From Macrostomum lignano (taxonomy: Eukaryota), in contig NIVC01000708.1 in assembly GCA_002269645.1 (NCBI GenBank), positions 1 through 64,000 on the forward strand: 64,000 nt of DNA, in the 5' to 3' direction. A program made the position numbers and the translations under genes. The notes beneath the pieces are model-generated. The model searched no databases. It worked only from the letters and a program-made list of their open reading frames with translations, and had not been told where the DNA came from. This document shows, piece by piece, positions 30,001-41,200 of this stretch (within the stretch, counting starts at the first letter, position 1; each line of letters opens with the position of its first letter).

Positions 30001-33000
30001 AAAATTAATGTTTTCCTGTCAAATTCATCCTCTATTATTCACTTATATACATGTGGAGTTGCTATCATATGAAAAAAATCGCTAAGCATAGCATCGTGAA
30101 TTTACCCATCAAAAATTATCCACTATTCCGGAGAGTTACGTCCTGTGTAACGAAGTGACTTCAGAGGTCCTTGATGCATGTACATGCAAAATGATCCGGA
30201 TTTTTATAGGCTTAACCAGACGTTCGAATCGGGACATATAATTTAGTCATCAAGAAATATTGTTTCCCTACGTTAAAATTTGTGTCTTTAGGGCTTATGG
30301 GGGGATGGCCCAGAATGAAAATGTAATACAAGAATCAGAGTTCGACAATTCTAAATGAGTTAAGTAGTTTACCAGACGTTCATCAATATTATATCAGAAA
30401 TTACTGAGGTGTACATATGCATTCAAGACGGCAAAAAGTGAACAAAATGCAAAATAATGAAATTGCTAGTAACTGTACCCTGGCATCTCGCGTAAGGCGT
30501 ATTAAAGAAGTACCCATTGCTAATAGACATCCATCGACGTCGGGTACGTCGGTGGAAGTCCAATTTTTTTACGGGGAAGTAATAGGACGGAAATATAAAA
30601 ATCTGCTACGGAGTTCAGATGAGCGATATTTGGTGCAAGTTCCATCCATTTAGTTTTACGCTTTGAAATTTGAATTAACAAACCAATATTTATAAAGGTG
30701 CTTGTATGCACATTTAAAAAATCTTTCAAAAATTCTTAAAACGAATAATATAACTTGGTCGATTCATGTCATTCTAACTGCTACTTAATGGCTTTAAAAG
30801 CCACTAAAGGTTGTTTTTTTGTTTTAAAGGCACTAAAAAATTTTCAAGCATTAAAATATTCCTAGAAACTGCGGAACAAGAATCAGCAATAAAAAAGTAG
30901 TAAAGTAGTAAAGAACGTTCTTTCCTAAATAATTATCCTTCTAAAACTTTCTTTATATAGTTATATAGCTTTGTGCTTATTTTAGCTATATCAGTTACAA
31001 TGACGACAAACAATAAGGAATCTGTTCTAGCTTCACTGAAGCAGAGAATGCAGGCACTGAAAAATGATCTGGATTCTGTTCAGGATGAACTTTCTACCAA
31101 AGGTGCTGAGCTAGAAAACGAAAAGAATCTGCGCACTCAGGTACTCTAAATATTTAATATTTACTGCTGAATTTTCTAGTACCAATTCTGCAATTTTTTT
31201 GTTTTAAAATTTAACTAAAACAGCAATTAGCAAGTATGCCTAATTGCTGATAACAAGACATTTTACATTTATTAGATAGCAATATTTTAATGTGGCAGTG
31301 CTTACGCTGGTCAAATAAGCTCGCTGGTACTATTCAATGAGTTGGTCACTATTTAGCTAGCATCTTACTCTTAGTATATAATAAAGTGCCCTAGGTTGGA
31401 TACCAATATTCTAAATATAACAGATATAGTGGCAAAGCTAGGATTTTGAAAAGGGGGATTACTTTAAGGGACAAAGTTTTAGACTGATTCAATAGTTTTT
31501 TTGCAATTTATGCTTAAAATATACATTTAAAAGGTACAAAAACCATGTTTTTAGGCTAAAAAACTTTACTTTGTTGAAATCAAAATAAAGCCAGCAGATA
31601 TCTGTCTTGACTAAGGTATTTTAGCCTTTAGGAACTAGGGTAGGGATTTGCTGAAATATCATTTAAAACATTTTATTAGTAATTTACAAGTGAAATGGGC
31701 CAATTTTTGGGAATTTTGCTAAGTCTAAGCCACTGTATTTTGCATTTTTTTTATCAAAAAACCTCATTTTTGTTTCTTATAACTCATCAAGATGGGGTGA
31801 TATATTCTTATATCCCCCCTGGCTCACTACTGCATAGATATCTAGACATCAATATAAATATATTGAATTCAAACTGATTAAAAATTGATGCCAAAAATTC
31901 AACTCATTTTAGTGCTACCTATATTAAGAGATATAATCATTTTTTGAAAAAATGATATACCATAAAAAATCTGTTTTTATGAATTAAAAGTTGTGATTTT
32001 TTAAAACAAAAATGCAAATAGTTTACTTTTGTTGTTTTATGAGGGGTGCTTATTAAGTTCCTAGAAAATGCAGCTTAAAATAGAAAATGTGCCTCCTTGC
32101 CATAGCTGACTTAATATGATAGGCAAGTGGCAATACAAGTCCAGTTTTGGCTAGGCAGCTTAGCTGCCACCTGCCTTTAGATGAATTAAAAATCTTAACA
32201 GTAAAACTAGGAAGAAAATTCCCCCCCCCACCTGTCAATTTTTTGCTACACTGGAACAGAGCAATATAGGCACACAAAATTCAAGAACATGGGCTAACTT
32301 TTTGTCGCACACCTTCTCAATCTTATCATTATTGAAGCTTGATAAGAAAAACCTGACATAGTTGCAAAAGGATGTCCATAGTCACCTATTGAAGGCGCCA
32401 ATGGGGTCCAAGTGATGACTAAATGCTCGTGAGACTAGCTGAAAGTGTCCAGAAATTAAGGCTTGCCCACTGTCAAGTCTTGATTGGTGAAACTCTAGAA
32501 ATTTGCATCAGGGTGTTCATAGTCACCTAGTGTCATCTGTTGAAGGTGCCAACGGCATCCAGGTGAAGACTAACTACTTGAGAGACCAGCTGAGGATACC
32601 TAGTAGTTGAGGCTTGCCCACTGTCAAGGTTTGATCAGCAAAACTAGAGAAATTAGTATCAGGATGTTCATAGTCACCTGGTGCCACCTGTTGAAGGTCT
32701 AGAAGCTTTGTCTCGGTGAAGGCCAGTGACCAACAAAGTCAGAGCTGATGCAGACACATGTGGTCAATGTGCTGATGAAATTTGGAGACTTGAAAAAGCT
32801 GCACTTTGGCACACAGGGGTGTACTGAATACACTGGTGCTTATGGGATAATCCAACCTTCTGGCAGAATAGTTGAATATCTCAACAGTCTGGAGGGCTGG
32901 CGACTTGATTCTTGTTTGAGAAGGTGTGCAACAAAAATTTAGCCTATGTTCTTGAATTTTGTGTGCCTGTGTTGCTCCATTCTGGTGCAGCAAAAAATTG

Positions 33001-34586
33001 TCAAAAAGGGGGGAATCCCCCCCCCTATTGGTAATTTTTACAGGCGGAAAATGGTTTGGTATTCCTACTGTTAATGGTGGAAGCCTCACTTACTATCCAA
33101 TGTTTGAAACAGCTTAATTGTAACATTTTGCCTAAAAATTAATGCATTTCCTTTAAATTTAATATATTTGTGATTTCATATTTATATACTTCAGGCCAGG
33201 GAGTTGGCATAGTAGGATCAGTTAATTTGTAAAGACTTGGCACATTTTATAAAGCTCATACAAATGAGCAAGTTTCCATGCCAATCATTGAAGCAACTGC
33301 AAATTTTGATTTAAATACTATTGTGTAAAGAATGCAGTTTTACCATACATATGTTGTAAATTAGCTTTCCAAATTTCAATCCACTCTAGTCATACTTGTT
33401 CTCTTATTTAAAAACTGATCCAGAATGCTTTATTGCTTCTATAAGACTATGAAATCAAGCCTTCAATTCAATGATTTTTTGTCTTTGTCAAAGCTGTGAA
33501 TATCTAAGATTTACTTAGAGATTAAGATGTGTATAAGATATATAAGATATTTTTACTGAATTTTATTCCAATACAGTATCAACTTTTATTCAATGCCCTT
33601 ATTATTAATCTGAATGGAATTTTGCTGGGTATAATGTAACTAGCATCTTATAATCTTGCTCATTTTTCCCTGTCTCAAGGCCGAGGCGGAGGTGCAGGCC
33701 CTCACCCGGCGCATCCGCCTGATTGAGGAGGACCTGGAGCAGACTGAGGGCCGCCTGCAGGAGGCCACGCAGAAGCTGGAGGAGGCCAGCAAGGCAGCTG
33801 ACGAGAGCGAGCGGTGAGCTGATTAGTTAATCAATACTTGCCAGTCGTTATGTCCTTACTACACTACTGAACAGGAATAAGTAGTATTTTTTAGCTTTTC
33901 ATGACTATTTTATATTCGCATGCCCATCGCGTGCCGTGCTTTTCGATTTCAGGCGGATGACAGAATTCAAAGTTCCCGTTGTACTTTTATTTAAATAATT
34001 GATTTCTGCTCTCTATTAGATCCCGCAAAGTGCTGGAGAGTCGCCAGAACGAGGACGAAGCCAGGCTGAGCTCGCTGGACCAGATGGTCAAGGAGGCCAC
34101 GGATGCGGCCAAAGAAGCTGAGAAAAGATACGAAGAGGTACAGAGAGGGCTTGATGGTATCCGTAAGATGCTTTTTATTTAGGCTCCGGATTTTGTGGGC
34201 CTAGTCTGTGGGAGTTGTTTTTGCCAGCAGGAAACACAGCAATTCATCAGTGTTGTTGGTAAAACGCTTAACTTCATGTTGTTTTTATTTTGTAGATGAA
34301 GTCATTCTGATAACCAAATTTCTGTAAACTTGTTCATTTTTTGGAACGTTTATCAACTTGCTAAATTATTTGTGTCATTCGCGTTTGTCCGGTGCTACTA
34401 TTGATCATTTTTTCCTTTAAACATTCATTCGCTTTTATATCCGATATACTCGTATGCTATCGAATATTCAGTATGTTTAGTTAAACATGCTTGATAGATA
34501 AATAGATTGATAGCAATAAACAAGACAGACTGACAAACAGACACTAAGACAGATAGGCAGACAGGCAGACAGACAGACAGATAGGC

Positions 34587-34625
<39 letters not shown>

Positions 34626-34658
34626 TAGGCAGACAGACAGACAGACAGACAGATAGGC

Positions 34659-34691
<33 letters not shown>

Positions 34692-34698
34692 CAAAGAA

Positions 34699-34735
<37 letters not shown>

Positions 34736-34770
34736 CAAAGACAGATAGACAGACAGACAAACAGATAGGC

Positions 34771-34813
<43 letters not shown>

Positions 34814-34826
34814 TAGGCAGACAGGC

Positions 34827-34873
<47 letters not shown>

Positions 34874-34906
34874 TAGGCAGGCAGGCAGACAGACAGACAG
34901 ATAGGC

Positions 34907-34945
<39 letters not shown>

Positions 34946-34978
34946 TAGGCAGACAGACAGACAGACAGACAGATAGGC

Positions 34979-35011
<33 letters not shown>

Positions 35012-35018
35012 CAAAGAA

Positions 35019-35055
<37 letters not shown>

Positions 35056-35090
35056 CAAAGACAGATAGACAGACAGACAAACAGATAGGC

Positions 35091-35129
<39 letters not shown>

Positions 35130-35142
35130 TAGGCAGACAGGC

Positions 35143-35189
<47 letters not shown>

Positions 35190-35202
35190 TAGGCAGACAG
35201 GC

Positions 35203-35243
<41 letters not shown>

Positions 35244-35246
35244 CAA

Positions 35247-35279
<33 letters not shown>

Positions 35280-38200
35280 GGCAGACAGACAGACAGAACA
35301 CACTGACGGAACCGCTGTCGCTGCCGCAGAGGCCGCAAGGTGCTGGAGACCCGCTCCATCGCTGACGAGGAGCGCGTCAATACACTGGAGGAGCAGCTCA
35401 AGGAGGCGAAGTTCATCGCAGAGGACGCGGACCGCAAATATGATGAGGCAGCCAGGAAGCTGGCCATCACCGAGGTGGACCTCGAGCGGGCCGAGTCCCG
35501 CCTGGAGGCGGCTGAGAGGTGCCCTTGGCATGCCCTGCGTGTCCCATTGAAGTGTTTTCAGTTTTTTTGACTGCATTTAAATCTTCGTCCTGTTGTGAAT
35601 GTTTTTGTCCAGAGACCTGTTCCAGGATATTTTGAGTTCTCAAAAACAAATTAGAGAATTTATAATAACTATTTACTAATTGCCCGTCTTGCTTGTATTT
35701 TCATGCTCGATTTCTATTTATGAACTGCAGATTTAAACTGTTATGATCCCAGTGCGAATATAAATCCTAAACTGACACTTGTGATCCCGATTTGAAAGTT
35801 AAAATCCCAACCTGGTGGCTGAAATCCTAATGTGACAACAATTATCCCAACCTGTCAGCTAAAATCCCAACCTGTCAGCTAAAAATCCCAATCTGACAGC
35901 TAAAATCCCAACGTGGCGGCTAAAATCCCAATCTGAAAGCTAAAATCCCAATCTGACAGCTAAAATCCCAACCTGGCGGCTAAAATCCCAATCTGACAGC
36001 TAAAATCCCAATCTGACAGCTAAAATCCCAACCTGGCGGCTAAAATCCCAATCTGACAACTAAAATCCCAGTATGAAGTCAGAAAAGTTTTTTAAAGTTT
36101 TTCGATATGCTTTTCGAGTTTTTTGGCATGAACGTTTTTTAAACAGGAGTCTTGCTTTTCTTTGTCGGGAATTGCTGTGTTTTTTAGAGAGCTAGAAGAT
36201 AGAACTAAGTAGAAGCATGAAGCTGTTCGGGTGCCAAGAACTATAGTGCCAGTGAATTTGAGTTGGTTTAAAAATTGTAATTATTAGGAGTGTAATCCTT
36301 ATTCTAGCGTTATCCTCTAACTCCGGCTTAGATGGGAGTTTTACTTCCCAGTACTGGCACATAAATAGTTTTAAACAGCTGGCAGGGTATATATTTATTA
36401 GTTGTTGCTAACCGCCAACCTGGGGGCCATGTCGTCATCAGGTCAACCGGAAGCTGCTTCTGACCGAAGCCCAGCTGGACAGGGCGGAGCAGAGGGCCGA
36501 GGCCGCTGAGCGCAAAGTCAAGGATCTGTCGGACGAGCTGCACTCTGTCGCTAACAGTCTAAAATCGCTTGAGCAGAGGGATGCCAAGGTTCTTAGTTTA
36601 CCTTTTTGGTTATTTTTAAGCGCCCATCATATTCATTATTCACGTTAACGATTCGATTATTTTATAATTTTATGTTTTTAACGCCATAAAGAATTTATGG
36701 AGGTTTAGTCAGTATTCACTACTCACAAGTAGCTAATTATTGTACAATAGGAAAAGTCTGTGTTTGCACGCTTGCGCATGGCATGGTTCAAGCCAATAAA
36801 TTAATCTGTCTATTCGTATGAACAATTACTATAAAGTTGCAATTGAAATCAACGATAAAGAAACTGTGCACTGAAAATGCAGCAAAATCCTGGAACTGGA
36901 AGAGGAGCTGCGCGTTGTTGGCAGCAACATGAAATCGTTGGAGATCTCAGAGCAGGAGGCGGCCCAGCGCGAGGAGTCTTACGAGGAAACTATCCGAGAT
37001 CTCTCCGAGCGTCTCAAGGCTGTAAGGGCTTAGATTGAATTGGATTTGCAATTAGATTGCAGTATGCCATAGTTGAACTACAATAAAAAGATAAGTCAAT
37101 TAGTTCAAAGCATTTTAAATTAATATTGGAGGAAATTAACGGTGTGTCTAGACTGTAAAATGTGCTGGAGGGGCAGGTGTGAGTACGTAGAAAAGTTTAG
37201 CGGGCTCTGGCTCTTATCTAGATTGACTAGCTAGAACGGGGTGGGTGTGGGGGGTAGGAAGGTTTAGCTAGCTCTGGCTCTTATCTAGATTGACTAGCTA
37301 GAATGGGGTGGGTGTGGGGGGTAGGAAGGTTTAGCTAGCTCTGGCTCTTATCTAGATTGACTAGCTAGAATGGGGTGGGTGTCGGGGGTAGAAAAGTTTA
37401 GCGGGCTCTGGCTCTTATCTAGATTGACTAGCTAGAACGGGGTGGGTGTTGGAGGGGTAGGAAAGTTTAGCGGGCTCTGGCTCTTATCTAGATTGACTAG
37501 CTAGAACGGGGTGGGTGTGGGGGGTAGGAAGGTTTAGCTAGCTCTGGCTCTTATCTAGATTGACTAGCTAGAATGGGGTGGGTGTGGGGGGTAGGAAGGT
37601 TTAGCTAGCTCTGGCTCTTATCTAGATTGACTAGCTAGAATGGGGTGGGTGTCGGGGGTAGAAAAGTTTAGCGGGCTCTGGCTCTTATCTATATTGACTA
37701 GCTAGAATGGGGTGGGTGTCAGGGGGGGTAGAAAAGTTTAGAGGGCTCCTGCTTTTATCTCGGTTGACTAAGCTAGAATGGGGTGGGTGTCGGGGGTAGA
37801 AAAGTTTAGCGGGCTCTGGCTCTTATCTAGATTGACTAGCTAGAACGGGGTGGGTGTTGGAGGGGTAGGAAAGTTTAGCGGGCTCTGGCTCTTATCTAGA
37901 TTGACTAGCTAGAACGGGGTGGGTGTGGGGGGTAGGAAGGTTTAGCTAGCTCTGGCTCTTATCTAGATTGACTAGCTAGAATGGGGTGGGTGTGGGGGGT
38001 AGGAAGGTTTAGCTAGCTCTGGCTCTTATCTAGATTGACTAGCTAGAATGGGGTGGGTGTCGGGGGTAGAAAAGTTTAGCGGGCTCTGGCTCTTATCTAT
38101 ATTGACTAGCTAGAATGGGGTGGGTGTCAGGGGGGGGGTAGAAAAGTTTAGAGGGCTCCTGCTTTTATCTCGGTTGACTAAGCTAGAATGGGGTGGGTGT

Positions 38201-41200
38201 CGGAGGGGTAGGAAAGTTTAGCTGGCTGGCTGAATTTTTTATATTGGCAGGCTAGAGTGAGTGGTTTAGCTAGAGTGGCTCTGGATTGAGGTGGGTGTCG
38301 AACGGGTTAGGTTCTAGATTATAGTTTATGCTACAAGGAGGCGATTTCGCTCAGTAATACGAAACTTATGTCGCATATTTTCATAGCCGCCAAAGCAGTC
38401 GTAAGCAAAACCAGTATTTTAGAAGAAACAGTCTCCAAAGCTTCGTCGTGTCGTTCTTCGTCGACTTGCATCGCATATTGCTGTAATTAACACACCGAGT
38501 GCCGTGCCCTCTTGTATAATTTGCAAAAATCCAAGCATTGCTTCTTTGAAACTTGAAGACCAAAGTTCAGTTCAGTTTGAACTATGCCTGCGTTTTATGC
38601 GTTCACTTAGGGGGGGGGGAGTATTTGAGTAAGAGTAGTTTGAAGCATGGCGTTTTTCATTACTTTATATTTACAAACTTTATGATTTTCATTATCCTTT
38701 TTTTGTAATTGTTAACATATCTTTTAAATATTGCAATGTCTTGTGCATGCCAGTTTGCTGCTCAGACATTCTGGTGACTGATTCCAACTCCACCAACCAA
38801 TCTTCAAACCAACTCCCATCTACTTTTCTCCATCCTCTCTACCCCATCCCTCTTGCCGCATCATTTCTACCTCAGTCCGTCCGCATGCCCTTGATCGCGA
38901 ACAGTCGCCCATTAGTTCAACTAACTGCCTGCCATCTTTGCAGTCTGCATCCAGAGAGGAGTCGTACGAGACTCAGATTAAGAGCCTGACCCGCCGGCTT
39001 GCCGAGGTAAATATTAATTTATATCTCCGTGAAATACTTGTTTTAACTGGGCCGCATGCTTTGTTCTGAGTCCAGATTAGTGCACGAGTATGCTTGCTGT
39101 GACTGTTGCTCCTGTTGCTCCTGCTTGCCCAACAATTTTTTTAACCTAATAACATGTGACGACACGACTGGCTGAAGTTGAGGAAGCAGCGGTGGAGTAG
39201 CGGCCAAATCGAATTCGGTTTTTCAATGGGAGTTTCGCTGGATCGCCTCTTTTATATTTGCTTCTAAAAATGATAGTGTTATTCAATTCACTCTACTAAG
39301 AAGAGTAGTTCTATTCCAATTTAAAGCTTTAGGTTTTTTAGATACAGAGATAAATATTACTTTAGGTAGGCTGTTAAATTGCGTGCATTCTGCCCAGCAG
39401 CTGCCAAACTGCATCGCAAAGAGTCACCCATAGATGGATCAAGAATTGTCCATAGATAGATCAATAATTACCCATAGACGGATCAAGAATTGCCCATAGA
39501 CAGATCTAGAATCACCCATAGACAGATCTAGAATCACCCATAGATAGATCAAGGATTATCCATAGGCAGCTCAAGAATTACCCATAGACAGAATAAGAAT
39601 CACCCATTCTTATTCTGTCTCAAAGGGATAGATTGAGAATCACCGATAGACAGATCAAGAATTATCCATAGATCGCTCAAGAATCACCCTCAGACAGAAT
39701 AAAAATCACCCATAGACAGGGCTACCCCATAGACAGATTGAGAATCACCCATAGACAGGGCTACCCCATAGACAGATTGAAAATCACCCATAGACAGATT
39801 GAGAATCACCCATAGACAGATTGAGAATCACCCATAGGCAGATTGAAAATCACCCATAGACAGATTGAGAATCACCCATAGACAGATTGAGAATCACCCA
39901 TAGACAGATTGAAAATCACCCATAGACAGATTGAGAATCACCCATAGACAGATTGAGAATCACCCATAGGCAGATTGAAAATCACCCATAGACAGATTGA
40001 GAATCACCCATAGGCAGATTGAAAATCACCCATAGACAGATTGAAAATCACCCATAGACAGATTGAGAATCACCCATAGACAGATTGAAAATCACCCATA
40101 GACAGATTGAGAATCACCCATAGGCAGATTGAAAGTCACCCATAGACAGATTGAGAATCACCCATAGACAGATTGAGAATCACCCATAGGCAGATTGAAA
40201 ATCACCCATAGACAGATTGAGAATCACCCATAGGCAGATTGAAAATCACCCATAGGCAGATTGAAAATCACCCATAGACAGATTGAGAATCACCCATAGA
40301 CAGATTGAAAATCACCCATAGACAGATTGAAAATCACCCATAGACAGATTGAGAATCACCCATAGACAGATTGAGAATCACCCATAGGCAGATTGAAAAT
40401 CACCCATAGACAGATTGAGAATCACCCATAGACAGATTGGAAATCACCTATAGACAGATTGAAAATCACCCATAGACAGATTGAGAATCACCCATAGACA
40501 GATTGAAAATCACCCATAGACAGATTGAGAATCACCCATAGGCAGATTGAAAGTCACCCATAGACAGATTGAGAATCACCCATAGACAGATTGAGAATCA
40601 CCCATAGGCAGATTGAAAATCACCCATAGACAGATTGAGAATCACCCATAGGCAGATTGAAAATCACCCATAGACAGATTGAAAATCACCCATAGACAGA
40701 TTGAGAATCACCCATAGACAGATTGAAAATCACCCATAGACAGATTGAGAATCACCCATAGACAGATTGGAAATCACCTATAGACAGCTATTGGGAATTA
40801 CTCACAGATTGAGGATCACCCATAGACAGATCAAGAAGTGCCCATAGACAGCTCACGAATTATCCTTGGACACGAATAAGTAATCTGAACACAAGTTGAA
40901 AACATCCTTTGCTATGCACTTTGGGATGTTGCTAAGGCAAAATACACGCAACTTGAGCAGACAGTAAGTACATTAAATTCTCTGACTAAATCCGGACACA
41001 ATCGTCACCCTCGATCGTGAGCTCAGGCTGAGCAGCGCGCTCAGGAGGCCGAGAGGCAGGTGTCCAAGCTGCAAAGCGAAGTGGACAGGCTGGAGGGTAT
41101 GTTACAGTATCTGTCATTGCTCACTGCGGTGCGGCCTCTCCGCTATCAGCATCGGCCGAGAAACGAACCGGACCTTTTGCCGCGGATGTTCTATTGCTCT

